From NCBI GenBank assembly GCA_035765775.1, contig DASTWV010000059.1, positions 353,555 through 417,554 on the forward strand: a stretch of DNA of 64,000 nt, in the 5' to 3' direction. This document shows positions 30,070 through 39,675 of this stretch, piece after piece (within the stretch, counting starts at the first letter, position 1; every line of letters begins with the position of its first letter). The notes beneath the pieces were generated by a model that worked only from the letters and a program-made list of their open reading frames with translations, had not been told where the DNA came from and did no database searches. The translations under genes and the position numbers were made by a program. The DNA comes from Actinomycetota bacterium (GTDB lineage: Bacteria > Actinomycetota > CADDZG01 > JAHWKV01 > JAOPZY01).

Positions 30070-31151
30070 CAGCTGGCCAGTTCGTCGAGGAGGCCCGACA
30101 GCGAGCGGACCACCAGGTTCACCGCCGAGATCGTGTAGGGGTAATCCATCCGGGTGGGGCCGATGACCGCCACCATGCCCCGGTGCGCCGGCCCTTCACC
30201 GGGAACGTTCGAGCCGTAGGGGGCCAAGATGGTGGCGCATACCTGCATCTGCTGGATGGGGTTCTCCTGGCCGATCAGCACCACCAGGGTGCCCGACCCC
30301 GGTCGGGACTCCCGAGCCTCCGCCATGAGGGTGGCGAGCACCGGCGGGCGCTCGATGGCGCCCACGACGCCGTGGGCGGTTTCCAGGTCGGAAAACTTCT
30401 CCCGCGAAAGGATGTTCGCCGTCCCGCCCCGGTAAATCCGTTCCCACACCGACCCGCTCACGACCCGGCCCACCTCGGCGGCGATGCGCGGCACCACCCC
30501 GGTGGGGCCGGTGTGCTCGGCGATGGCGGCCAGGCGAGCGGGGACCACCTCGAGGGCCTCACCGCTCAGGCGCGCCGTCAGGTGGGCGCCCAGGTCGGCC
30601 AGCTGCTGGTCGGAGAGCGGCTCCGGGACATCGATCAGACCCTGCTCGACCAGGCCGGTGTCGGCGATCAGCAGGAGGCCCACCCGCCCATCGGAGCGGG
30701 CGAGCAGCTCCAGGCGGCGGAGGCGGTTCTCCCGGGCCGGGGGGGCGGCGACCACCGCCACGGACTCGGTGACCTCGGAGAGGAGCTGGGAGGTGGCGTT
30801 CAGCGCCTCCTCCAGGGCGTGGAAACCGCTCTGGAAGGCGTCTTCGATGACCCGCTGCTGGCCGGGCGGCAGCTCGGGCCATGCGGGGCCGGGCCAGTTG
30901 TCGATGAACCAGCGGTAGCCCAGATCGGTGGGGACGCCGCCCGCCGAGGAGTGGGGCCGGCTGATGTAGCCGAGCTCCTCGAGGAGGGCCATGTCGTTGC
31001 GCACGGTGGCGGCGGAGACACCCAGGCCGATGGTCTCGGTAAGGGCCTTGGACCCCACCGCCTGGCCCGCGCGGACGTACTCACGGACGATGGCCCGCAG
31101 GATGGCCCCCTTGCGCGAGTCAAGCACAGCAGTCCTTCCGGTGATCGTCAA
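30069..31151 (-). CDS. hrcA: Heat-inducible transcription repressor HrcA
   Basis: [25 protein letters not shown]...[31 protein letters not shown]; conserved hrcA-dnaJ order; CIRCE operator upstream. Confidence 0.9.
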   Translation of the reverse strand: MTITGRTAVLDSRKGAILRAIVREYVRAGQAVGSKALTETIGLGVSAATVRNDMALLEELGYISRPHSSAGGVPTDLGYRWFIDNWPGPAWPELPPGQQRVIEDAFQSGFHALEEALNATSQLLSEVTESVAVVAAPPARENRLRRLELLARSDGRVGLLLIADTGLVEQGLIDVPEPLSDQQLADLGAHLTARLSGEALEVVPARLAAIAEHTGPTGVVPRIAAEVGRVVSGSVWERIYRGGTANILSREKFSDLETAHGVVGAIERPPVLATLMAEARESRPGSGTLVVLIGQENPIQQMQVCATILAPYGSNVPGEGPAHRGMVAVIGPTRMDYPYTISAVNLVVRSLSGLLDELAS

Positions 31152-31205
31152 CGGCGAATCCCCAGTCCCTACGGGATATCGGCCTGCCCGGCGGCATCCT
31201 CAAAT

Positions 31206-31232
31206 CTAGCACTTGAGGAAGCCGACTGCTAA
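31206..31232. promoter_or_regulatory. CIRCE operator (HrcA binding site) upstream of hrcA
   Basis: CTAGCACTT-N9-GACTGCTAA against the consensus TTAGCACTC-N9-GAGTGCTAA (9-bp inverted arms, 9-nt spacer, 3 mismatches), located ~55 nt upstream of the hrcA start codon. Confidence 0.8.
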
Positions 31233-31268
31233 TTTTTCCCGCTCTGGGGGGCCCCAGCCGCCGGTCCG

Positions 31269-31865
31269 CTACTGCGGCGAGGGTGGCGGCGGGTACTGCG
31301 GAGGCGGCGGGTACTGGGGCGGCGGGGGGTAGCCCTGCGGTGGCGGGTACCCGGCCGGCGGCTGCTGCGGGTAGCCCTGGGGTGGGTAGCCGGGCTGCTG
31401 GGGATAGCCCGGAGGGGGGTATCCGGGCGGCGGGTAGCCGTAACCGGGCGGCGGGTAGCCGCCCGGCGGCAGGCCCTCGGCGGCGGGGCCGCGGTAGGTG
31501 GCGCTGCCGAAAGCGAGGATGGCAGCGAAGATCGGCCCAAGAAGGATCAGGCCAACTGCGAAGCCCGTGCCCTTACCGAACGATTTCGCCAGGTCGATTG
31601 CCACGATGATCGCCATGATGAGCGAGACGAAGGGGATGAGGAACAGGATGATCCACCATGCTGGTCGCCCGATGATCTTGAGCAGGATGTAGAGGTTGTA
31701 TATGGGGATGATCGCTGCCCACCCGGGCTGACCGGCCTTGGTGAAGATCTTCCAACCAACTGCGATGAAGAAGATAATAAGGACCAGATAGATCAGAAAA
31801 ATCGCTCCGACTGCCCCACCGCTGGCCGTATTGGATGTCGTTTGTGCCAAGAACATGGTGACCAC
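31269..31865 (-). CDS. Small polytopic membrane protein (DUF5684-like core) with a C-terminal (G)YPPPGY/PQGYPP proline-rich repeat tail
   Basis: Hydrophobic core WAAIIPIYNLYILLKIIGRPAWWIILFLIPFVSL. Tail PPGGYPPPGYGYPPPGYPPPGYPQQPGYPPQGYPQQPPAGYPPPQGYPPPPQYPPPPQYPPPPSPQ. Confidence 0.6.
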   Translation of the reverse strand: MVTMFLAQTTSNTASGGAVGAIFLIYLVLIIFFIAVGWKIFTKAGQPGWAAIIPIYNLYILLKIIGRPAWWIILFLIPFVSLIMAIIVAIDLAKSFGKGTGFAVGLILLGPIFAAILAFGSATYRGPAAEGLPPGGYPPPGYGYPPPGYPPPGYPQQPGYPPQGYPQQPPAGYPPPQGYPPPPQYPPPPQYPPPPSPQ

Positions 31866-31962
31866 CCCCCGTCGCCCGCTAGCGGTTCCCCCCGCCAGTG
31901 GGGGATTCTCCCAGAAGCCCCCGCCTGGGGCAAGCTTCGCTTTTTCGCGGGCGCTGGTGCCG

Positions 31963-33108
31963 TCAGGCGGCGAGCAGGGAGCGGGCGACGTGGCCCCAGA
32001 GGAACACGCCCCGGGCGGTGAGGAGGACCTTCTCCTCGGTCACCCGGACCAGGCCGAGATCGACCGCCTGGGCCAGCTCGGGCGCCCAGCGGAGAGCCGG
32101 GTCGGCGCCGTAGCGGTGCTCGAAGCGGGCCCGGATGACGCCCCCGGCCAGGCGGAGCCCGAGCATCATGGCCTCGGCGGAGCGCTCGTCGGGGAGCAGG
32201 GTCTCCTCGCCTTCGAGGACGTCCGGCGACCGCTGGGCATAGGTCCGGGGGGAGCGCAGGTTCCACCAGCGCCGGTGGTCCCGGAAGGAGTGCGCCCCGG
32301 CGCCGAACCCGAGGTAGTCGGTGCCCGTCCAGTACCCGATGTTGTGGCGCGACCAGCAGCCCGGGCGGGCCCAGTTGGACACCTCGTAGCGCAGCAGCCC
32401 CGCCACCGGCAGCAAGTCGTTGCTGACCTCGTCCCGGTCGGCCTGGTCGTCGTCGTCCGGGGCGTCCCGCAGGCCCCGCTGCACCCAGGTGTGCAGGGGG
32501 GTGCGCTCCTCGACCGTGAGGGCGTAGGTCGAGACATGGTCGACCCCGGTGGCGATGACCCCGGTCAGGCTGGACCGCCAGTCATCGAGGGTCTCCACCG
32601 GGGTCCCGAACATCAGGTCGGCGTTGACGTGGGCGAAGCCCGCCGCCCGGGCGTCCCGGAGGGCGGCGACGGCCTGCTCCGGGCTGTGCGCCCGCCCCAG
32701 CCACGCCAGCACATGCGGGGCGAGGGACTGCACCCCCAGGCTGACCCGGGTGAAGCCGGCCTCGAGCAGGGCGTCGAACGCCGCCATGTCAATGGACTCC
32801 GGGTTGGCCTCCAGCGAGATCTCGGCGTTGCGCCGGACGGCGAAGGACTCCCGGATGGTGGTGAGGATGCTCGCCAGGTCGGCGGGCGCCAGCTCCGTCG
32901 GCGTGCCCCCGCCGAAGGCGACGGTGTCCACCGGCTCGCCATCGGCCGCCGCCTCGATCTCGCGGCGGAGGGCCTCGACGTAGGGCGCCTTCAGGTCGTC
33001 CATGCCGGCGTAGGCGTTGAAGTCGCAGTACGGGCAGTGGACCAGGCAGAAGGGGATGTGGACGTAGACCCCCCGGCCGCTGAGGGCGGGCGCCGCCGGC
33101 AGGTTCAC
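31963..33108 (-). CDS. hemW: Radical SAM heme chaperone HemW (HemN-like, oxygen-independent coproporphyrinogen oxidase family)
   Basis: VYVHIPFCLVHCPYCDF (radical-SAM CxxxCxxC); AFGGGTP; conserved position next to lepA. Confidence 0.85.
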   Translation of the reverse strand: MNLPAAPALSGRGVYVHIPFCLVHCPYCDFNAYAGMDDLKAPYVEALRREIEAAADGEPVDTVAFGGGTPTELAPADLASILTTIRESFAVRRNAEISLEANPESIDMAAFDALLEAGFTRVSLGVQSLAPHVLAWLGRAHSPEQAVAALRDARAAGFAHVNADLMFGTPVETLDDWRSSLTGVIATGVDHVSTYALTVEERTPLHTWVQRGLRDAPDDDDQADRDEVSNDLLPVAGLLRYEVSNWARPGCWSRHNIGYWTGTDYLGFGAGAHSFRDHRRWWNLRSPRTYAQRSPDVLEGEETLLPDERSAEAMMLGLRLAGGVIRARFEHRYGADPALRWAPELAQAVDLGLVRVTEEKVLLTARGVFLWGHVARSLLAA

Positions 33109-33118
33109 TGCTCCCCGT

Positions 33119-34954
33119 TCATTTCTTGTCGTCTAAACGGAGCGCGGCCATGAACGCCTCCTGGGGGATCTCGACCGACCCCACCTGCTTCATGCGGCGC
33201 TTACCGGCTTTCTGTTTTTCCAGGAGCTTGCGCTTGCGGGTGATGTCGCCGCCGTAGCACTTGGCCAGCACGTCCTTGCGGCGTGCCCGGATCGTCTCCC
33301 GGGCGATGACCCGTGAGCCGATGGCTGCCTGGACCGCCACGTCGAACATCTGCCGGGGGACCAGCTCCCGGAGCTTCTCGGCCATGCGCCGGCCGTAGCT
33401 CACCGCCCGCTCCCGGTGGACGATGGCGCTGAAGGCGTCCACCGGCTCGCCGTGCAACAGGATGTCCACCTTGACCAGGTCCTCCGCCCGGTAGCCCACC
33501 GCCTCGTAGTCCAACGATCCGTAGCCCCGGGTGCGGCTCTTCAGCTGGTCGAAGAAGTCCACGATCATCTCGGCCAACGGCAGGTGGTAGCGGAGTTCTA
33601 CCCGGTCCTCGGAGAGGTAGTGCATCTCTTTCATTTCCCCCCTGCGCTCCTGGCAGAGCTCCATAAGGGCGCCGAGGAACTCGGTGGGCGTGATGATCAT
33701 CGCCGCGGCCAGGGGCTCGCGGATCTCCTCGATGGCGACGGCGTCGGGCATCTCGGCGGGGTTGTGGACCGAAAGGATCTCCCCGCCCCGCTTGAGCACC
33801 TCGTAGGCGACGCTGGGCACGGTGATGAGCAGGTCGAGGTCGAATTCGCGCTCCAGGCGCTCCCGCACGATCTCCATGTGCAGCAGGCCCAGGAACCCGC
33901 ACCGGAAACCGAAGCCGAGGGCCTGGGAGGTCTCGGGCTCATAGACGAAAGCGGCGTCGTTTAGGCGCAGCTTGTCGAGGGCGTCGCGCAGGTCGGCGTA
34001 CTGGTCGCCGTCGGTGGGGTACAGGCCGGCCCACACCATCGGCCTGGGCTCCCGGTAGCCGGGCAGCGCGTGGTCCGCCGGGTGGCTGGCGTCGGTGATG
34101 GTGTCGCCGACCTTGGCCTCGCGCACGTTCTTCACCCCCGGGATGGCGTAGCCGACGTCGCCGGTGCCCAGGCCCTTGGTGGCCATCATGGAGGGGGCGA
34201 AGGCACCGACCTCCTCCAGCTCGCACACCGTGCCGGTGGCCATCATGCGCACCTTCTGGCGGGGCTCGAGGGTGCCGTCGATCACCCGCACGAAGGTGAC
34301 CACGCCCCGGTAGTTGTCGTACTCCGAGTCGAAGATGAGGGCCCGGGTGGGGGCGTCGGGGTTGCCCTGGGGCGGGGGTACCCGGCGGATGACCTCCTCG
34401 ATCAGCTCGGGCACGCCGGCGCCAGTCTTGCCCGAGACCCGGAGCACCGACTCGGCCGGCACGCCGATGAGGTTGCCGAGCTCGGCGCAGACCCGGTCGG
34501 GGTCGGCGGCGGGGAGATCGATCTTGTTGACGGCCGCGATGATCTCCAGGCCGGCCTCGACGGCGAGGTACAGGTTGGCGAGCGTCTGCGCCTCGACCCC
34601 CTGGGCGGCGTCCACCAGGAGGATCACGCCGTCGCACGCCGCCAGTGACCGGGACACCTCGTAGTTGAAGTCCACGTGGCCCGGGGTGTCGATGAGGTTC
34701 AGCTCGTAGATCTGCCCGTCGGCGGCCGGGTAGGCGAGGCGCACCGCCTGGGCCTTGATCGTGATCCCCCGCTCCCGCTCGATGTCCATGCGGTCCAGGT
34801 ACTGCTCGCGCATCTCCCGGTCCGGGACAGCCTTGCACAGCTGCAGGATGCGGTCTGCCAGGGTGGACTTGCCGTGGTCAACGTGGGCGATCAGGCTGAA
34901 GGCGCGCACCCGCGCCCGCCGGTTCGCTTGGTCTGCTCCCGGGTCATCAGTCAC
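33119..34954 (-). CDS. lepA: Elongation factor 4 (LepA)
   Basis: [21 protein letters not shown]...DTPGHVDF...NKID (G motifs) and the LepA-specific C-terminus. Likely GTG start ~34954; the ORF-track N-terminal extension is spurious. Confidence 0.9.
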   Translation of the reverse strand: MTDDPGADQANRRARVRAFSLIAHVDHGKSTLADRILQLCKAVPDREMREQYLDRMDIERERGITIKAQAVRLAYPAADGQIYELNLIDTPGHVDFNYEVSRSLAACDGVILLVDAAQGVEAQTLANLYLAVEAGLEIIAAVNKIDLPAADPDRVCAELGNLIGVPAESVLRVSGKTGAGVPELIEEVIRRVPPPQGNPDAPTRALIFDSEYDNYRGVVTFVRVIDGTLEPRQKVRMMATGTVCELEEVGAFAPSMMATKGLGTGDVGYAIPGVKNVREAKVGDTITDASHPADHALPGYREPRPMVWAGLYPTDGDQYADLRDALDKLRLNDAAFVYEPETSQALGFGFRCGFLGLLHMEIVRERLEREFDLDLLITVPSVAYEVLKRGGEILSVHNPAEMPDAVAIEEIREPLAAAMIITPTEFLGALMELCQERRGEMKEMHYLSEDRVELRYHLPLAEMIVDFFDQLKSRTRGYGSLDYEAVGYRAEDLVKVDILLHGEPVDAFSAIVHRERAVSYGRRMAEKLRELVPRQMFDVAVQAAIGSRVIARETIRARRKDVLAKCYGGDITRKRKLLEKQKAGKRRMKQVGSVEIPQEAFMAALRLDDKK

Positions 34955-35042
34955 GCTGCCGAGGGTACCGCAGCTGGTGCTAGACTCCGGCGTTCCCTCA
35001 TCCGGTTCACCTGTCGGTATCCTTCCGCTACTCTGGAGTCCC

Positions 35043-35315
35043 ATGGCCAACATCAAGTCGCAGATCAAGCGCATCCGCACCAACGAGGCTGCCCGCCAGT
35101 CCAACCGCAGCGTACGGTCCTCGCTCCGCACCTACATGAAGCGGGTGCAGACCGCCATCGACGCCGGCGACCTCGACGAGGCGGAAACCGCCCTGCGCAA
35201 GGCGGGCCGGGAGATCGACCGGGCGGCCGCCAAGGGCGTGATCCACGCCAACAGCGCAGCGAACAAGAAGTCGTCGCTGGCGAAGCGGGTCCACGCAGCG
35301 CGCACGCCCTCGTAG
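35043..35315 (+). CDS. rpsT: 30S ribosomal protein S20
   Basis: [35 protein letters not shown]...[25 protein letters not shown] (90 aa), divergent from lepA as in other actinobacteria. Confidence 0.9.
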   Translation: MANIKSQIKRIRTNEAARQSNRSVRSSLRTYMKRVQTAIDAGDLDEAETALRKAGREIDRAAAKGVIHANSAANKKSSLAKRVHAARTPS

Positions 35316-35438
35316 GGCGTTTCGGGTTCGGGCCTCAGCGGCCCCCTCGGCTGAAGTCGGGGACATTCGTCCCGGACAGTGGGGCAAATGTCCCCCGGTA
35401 TTGTCTGCAGCCGTACGCCTCGGTCGGCATGGCCGACC

Positions 35439-36371
35439 TCAGCGCCCCCGCAGCGTCGTCACTGCGATCACGGCCCGCTCCAGGGCAAGTTCGTCGCTGT
35501 CCTGGCCGGACTTCAGGCGGTGGTCGGCCTCGGCGATCGCCCGGTAGGCCCTCGCCAGCGCCGGGGGCGGGTAGCCCGCCGCCTGCTTCACCAGCTTCTC
35601 GGCCCGGAACGGGTGCATGCCCACCTCTTTCACCACCTCGGCCGGGGTCCGGTCGGTGACCTCCATCATCGAGCGCACGTGGCGGCTCAGGGCGCCGAAG
35701 AGGGCCTGGGGAGCCTCGCCCTGGTCGATGAGGACCCGCATCGCCTGCAGGGCCGTCCCGGTCTGCCCGGTGGCGGCGGCGTCCAGGAAGGCGAACGTGG
35801 TCGCCTGGCTGCGCCCCCGGAACTGGCGGGCGATGTCGTCTGGCGTCACCCGGGCGTCCCGGCCGAGCGCCAGCGAGAGCTCCTCGAGGGCGTGGGCGAG
35901 CGCCATCCGCTCCTCCCCCACCGCCTCGATGAGCGCCCCCATGGCGTCGCCCGACGGCCGCAGGCCCAGAGCTTTGGCCTTCTCTCGCAGCCACATGAAG
36001 AGGTCGTTGCGCTTGCCCTTCCCGGCCGTCACCACATGGCCCACCTTGCGGACTGCCTCGGCGAGGCTGGGTATCGCCTTGGCGGTGGTCAGCACCAGGA
36101 GGCAGTCGGGGTTGGGATCCTTCAGGTAGGCGACGAACGCCCGCTGGGCGTCGGCCCCGGCTTCGTCGACCCCCCGCACCACCACTGCCCGCCGGCCGCC
36201 GAACAGCGAGGTGCTGTCCAGGGCGGGGAGGACCCGCTCCTTGTCGTCGGCTGCCTTCAGATCCTCGACCGACAGGGGATCGATGCCGGCCAGGGCCTTG
36301 GCCACCGCTTCGGCAACAAGGTACGGGTCGTCACCGACGATGAGCGTGGCGGGGACAGCCTTCGGGGTCAT
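35439..36371 (-). CDS. holA: DNA polymerase III delta subunit
   Basis: IVGDDPYLVAEAV...LFGGRRAVVVRG...LLVLTTAK... delta-subunit fold. Conserved rpsT/holA neighbourhood. Confidence 0.8.
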   Translation of the reverse strand: MTPKAVPATLIVGDDPYLVAEAVAKALAGIDPLSVEDLKAADDKERVLPALDSTSLFGGRRAVVVRGVDEAGADAQRAFVAYLKDPNPDCLLVLTTAKAIPSLAEAVRKVGHVVTAGKGKRNDLFMWLREKAKALGLRPSGDAMGALIEAVGEERMALAHALEELSLALGRDARVTPDDIARQFRGRSQATTFAFLDAAATGQTGTALQAMRVLIDQGEAPQALFGALSRHVRSMMEVTDRTPAEVVKEVGMHPFRAEKLVKQAAGYPPPALARAYRAIAEADHRLKSGQDSDELALERAVIAVTTLRGR

Positions 36372-36531
36372 GGAGGTGATGATGCCTCAGAGTTGCCGCT
36401 CCGGTGGTGAGGCTCCGATTATTGGATGAAAATCACGCGAGGCGCGTGATTTTGATCCAAAAATGCTCACCGGCACAGCAACGGGGCATTGGCCGCCCCC
36501 AACAACGCTCAGACTCGCGCCTGAGCGCTCT

Positions 36532-36884
36532 TGGAGGCGCCGGGACTTGAACCCGGGTCGACACGGCTCCCACTTGGGGCATCTACGGGCGTAGCCAACT
36601 TTTTTGTCTCAGCCCGGCAGGTGCTGCTGGCTGGCTTGCCGGTGCCCAGCCCGGTTGGATTGTCCCCCGGCGCTCACCGGACGGGGGCGCTCAGGGTCAG
36701 CCTGCTGCACGACGCCCCATCCCGGGCCGCAGGCCCTCCCGGGTGGAACGCCCGCCGATATAACGGCGGGTTATCGCTTAGGCAGCGACGTTTCGGTTTA
36801 GTGTTCCAGGCAGTTTTACGAGGTACCCGGACCTCGGCCCGCTTCCACCAAACGCGATACCGGCCTCGAAACCAATTCGCCCCC
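36532..36884 (-). ncRNA. ssrA: tmRNA (ssrA), ~353 nt, immediately downstream of smpB
   Basis: The minus-strand transcript begins GGGGGCGAAUUGGUUUCGAGGCCGG...CCGAGGUCCGGGUACCUCGUAAAACUGCC and ends with the tRNA-Ala-like T-arm/acceptor GGUUCAAGUCCCGGCGCCUCCA. The acceptor stem has a G3:U wobble. The internal tag reading frame ends ...GUCGCUGCCUAA (V-A-A-stop). Confidence 0.85.
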
Positions 36885-36899
36885 TCTCTGGGAGTCAGT

Positions 36900-37376
36900 T
36901 TACCGCCGGCGGCTGAGGGCCCGGTCGATCTGCATCTTGGCGTCCCGCTCCTTCAGCGACTCCCGCCGGTCGTAGGTCTTCTTGCCCCGGGCGAGGCCGA
37001 GCTCGAGCTTGGCGAGGCCGTGGGTGAAGTACACCTTCAGCGGCACCAAGGTGAGGCCCCGCTCGGCGGTCTTGCCCACCAGGCGCTCGATCTGGTCCTT
37101 GTGCAGGAGCAGCTTGCGGTTGTGCACGGGCTCGTGCTGGGCGTAGCCCGCCTGGGGATAGGGGGCGATGTGCATGCCGATCAGCAGCGGCGCGCCGTCC
37201 CGGATGACGGCGAAGGACTCCCGGAGCGACGCTCCCCCGGCCCGCAGCGACTTGACCTCGCTGCCGGTCAGCACCATCCCGGCCTCCATCGACTCGAGGA
37301 TCTCGAAGTCGTGGCGGGCCTTGGGGTTGATGACCACCGTCCCGGCCGGCTTCGTCTTGGATTTCTTCTTGGCCAT
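36900..37376 (-). CDS. smpB: SsrA-binding protein SmpB
   Basis: MAKKKSKTKPAGTVVINPKARHDFEILESMEAGMVLTGSEVKSLR...LVPLKVYFTHGLAKLELGLARGKK. Confidence 0.9.
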   Translation of the reverse strand: MAKKKSKTKPAGTVVINPKARHDFEILESMEAGMVLTGSEVKSLRAGGASLRESFAVIRDGAPLLIGMHIAPYPQAGYAQHEPVHNRKLLLHKDQIERLVGKTAERGLTLVPLKVYFTHGLAKLELGLARGKKTYDRRESLKERDAKMQIDRALSRRR

Positions 37377-37398
37377 CCGCCTATTGTGGCGGACGCAC

Positions 37399-38643
37399 CT
37401 ACGGCATGAAGCCCAGCGGCTGCACCGGCGTGCCACCCACCCGGGTCTCGAAGTGCAGGTGGGGGCCGGTGCACAGCCCGGTGCAGCCGACTGCGCCGAT
37501 CTGCTGGCCCTGCTTCACCGTCTGGCCCAGGTGCACCCCGATCACCGACATGTGGGCGTACAGGGTGGCGAGCGCCCCGCCGTCGTCCAGGATCACCACG
37601 TTGCCGTAGCCCTGCATGACCCCGGCGTACATGACCTGCCCGGGGGCGGCGGCCAGGATGGGCACGCCCATGTCGACGGCGATGTCGATGCCGGTGTGGA
37701 ACTCGTTGTTGCCGAAGATCGGGTTGATGCGGGGCCCGAAGGGCGACGAGATGGCGCCGTGCACCGGCCAGATCAGCTTCTTGCCCTGCCAGGTGTACGC
37801 CTGGTTGGCCTGGCGGGCACGGACCATGGCGGTGATGGACGAGGACTCGCCCGCCAGGGTGGCCATGTCCTGCAGGTAGATCGCCTTCTGGGCCTGGATC
37901 TGGTCCAGCTCGGGCTTCTGGGCGGCGATCTGGCTGGTCAGGGTGGCGCTCGCCTGGCTGACGCTGGCCCGCAGGGCGGTGATCTTGGCACCCTCGGCCT
38001 GGACGGCGGCCTGCTCGGCGGCGATCTGCGCCTTGCGCTGGTTCGCCTGGGTCTTCTGGGCGTCCAGCTGGTCGTTGAGCGTCTTCAGGGCGTCGATCTT
38101 GCCCTTGTCGGAGCCCACCACGCTGCCGACGTAGTTCAGCCGGTTGATGAAGTCGTTCATGCTGGTCGCCCCGAGGATCAGCCCGAGATACGACGCCGGC
38201 CCGGCTTTGTACAGGCTCACGAAGCGCTGCTGCACCTGCTGCTGGGCGTCGCTGACCTGGGCGGTGGTGGTGGCGATGCTTGCCTCCAGGCTGGCAAGCT
38301 GGGCGTCGGTGGCGGTGAGCTGCACTGTGTCGGCCGCCTGCTGCGCCTGGGCGGCGGCGATCTGCGAGGTGTAGCTGGCGATCTGGCCCTTCAGCTGGTT
38401 CTGCTGCTTGGTCTCCTGGGTGATCTTGGCCTGCAGGGCCGTCGCCTGGAGCTGCGCGGTCCGGAACCCGTTCCAGAACGTTGCCATCTGGTCGGCGGTC
38501 TGCGAGGAACCCGAGCCCGACGTCGTCCCACTCCCCCCGGATGCCGCAGGCACGGCACGAGGGGTGGACGCCGCGCCCGGCGTCCCGAAGGCGAGAAGCG
38601 CCAGGACGCAGGCGGCGGCGGATAACCTCAGAAGACGACTCAT
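37399..38643 (-). CDS. Secreted coiled-coil M23/LytM-family peptidoglycan endopeptidase (EnvC/PcsB/RipC-like)
   Basis: Signal peptide MSRLLRLSAAACVLALLAFG. Long Q/A-rich coiled coil. C-terminal M23 domain HTGIDIA...GYGNVVILDD...LYAHMS...GCTGLCTGPHLHFE. Confidence 0.85.
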   Translation of the reverse strand: MSRLLRLSAAACVLALLAFGTPGAASTPRAVPAASGGSGTTSGSGSSQTADQMATFWNGFRTAQLQATALQAKITQETKQQNQLKGQIASYTSQIAAAQAQQAADTVQLTATDAQLASLEASIATTTAQVSDAQQQVQQRFVSLYKAGPASYLGLILGATSMNDFINRLNYVGSVVGSDKGKIDALKTLNDQLDAQKTQANQRKAQIAAEQAAVQAEGAKITALRASVSQASATLTSQIAAQKPELDQIQAQKAIYLQDMATLAGESSSITAMVRARQANQAYTWQGKKLIWPVHGAISSPFGPRINPIFGNNEFHTGIDIAVDMGVPILAAAPGQVMYAGVMQGYGNVVILDDGGALATLYAHMSVIGVHLGQTVKQGQQIGAVGCTGLCTGPHLHFETRVGGTPVQPLGFMP

Positions 38644-38788
38644 GGAATCAGAACTTGCATTCGGCTCACAGAGCATAACGCCTGTTACGAGCCGGAGATC
38701 GGGAAATATGCCTAATTACAGGAGAGTAATTCCTTTATGATTCACCGACGTAATTACGTGGGTGAAATTACGGCTGGGGAAGGCGGGC

Positions 38789-39670
38789 TCAGACTTCGAG
38801 GAAGCGGCGCAGTGCCAGCGTGGAACCGAGCGTCCCGACGGTCATGCCCACCGCCACCAGCACGATGAGCATCCACACCACGGTGCTGCCGGTCACGCCG
38901 ATCGGCAGGATGACCAGGGCCTTGGACAGGCGGTTCAGCCAGAGCACCTTGGCAATCCCGATGACCGCGGCCGCGACGAGCGCCCCGGTCACCGCCTCGA
39001 CGACGCCCTCAAAGATGAAGGGCACCCGGATGAACCAGTTGGTGGCGCCCACCAGCTTCATGACCCCGATCTCCCGCCGGCGGGAGTAGATGGCCAGGCG
39101 GATGGTGTTGGCGATGAGCACCGTGGCGGCGGCCAGCAGCAGGATGGTCATGACCAGGCTGACGGTGCGCAGCAGCGAGTTGATGCGCAGCAGGCTCTTC
39201 ACCGCCTGGCCGCCGTCGTTGACATCGGAGATTCCCGCCCGGCCCACCAGCTGGTTCTTGACCGCGGACACCTGGTTGGGGTCCTTCAGGCGGATCTCGA
39301 ACGAGGCCGGGAGGGCGTCGGGGGACACGTCCTTGGTGATGTCGGGATTGCTGGCGAACATGTCCTTGTAGTCCTTGTACGCCTGGTCCTTGGACACGAA
39401 GATCACCTGGGCGACATCGGGCATCGACTGGATCGAGGTCTTCAGGTCGGCCTGGGCCTGCGACGTGATGCTGTCGTCCAGGAAAACGTTGATCTGCACC
39501 TTCTGGCCGAAGTCGCCGACGACGTTGCCCACGATGTGGCCGAAGATGATCACGCCGCCCAGCAGGAAAAGGCTCACCGAGACGGTGGACACCGCGGCGA
39601 CCGTCATGAAGAGGTTCCTCTTCAGGTTGACGACCGCTTCGCCAGCGAAGTACTTCAGGCGGAGCCCCAC
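38789..39670 (-). CDS. ftsX: Cell-division ABC transporter permease-like protein FtsX
   Basis: NLKRNLFMTVAAVSTVSVSLFLLGG...REIGVMKLVGATNWFIRVPFIFEG. Follows ftsE. Confidence 0.9.
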   Translation of the reverse strand: MGLRLKYFAGEAVVNLKRNLFMTVAAVSTVSVSLFLLGGVIIFGHIVGNVVGDFGQKVQINVFLDDSITSQAQADLKTSIQSMPDVAQVIFVSKDQAYKDYKDMFASNPDITKDVSPDALPASFEIRLKDPNQVSAVKNQLVGRAGISDVNDGGQAVKSLLRINSLLRTVSLVMTILLLAAATVLIANTIRLAIYSRRREIGVMKLVGATNWFIRVPFIFEGVVEAVTGALVAAAVIGIAKVLWLNRLSKALVILPIGVTGSTVVWMLIVLVAVGMTVGTLGSTLALRRFLEV

Positions 39671-39675
39671 GAGCG

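Noticed and set aside
36532-36560. Apparent stand-alone tRNA (T-arm GGTTCAAGTCCCGG + acceptor CGCCTCCA)
   Set aside because: It is the tRNA-like domain of the tmRNA. The 5' acceptor strand lies ~350 nt away at 36878-36884 and the intervening sequence has tmRNA pseudoknot and tag features.
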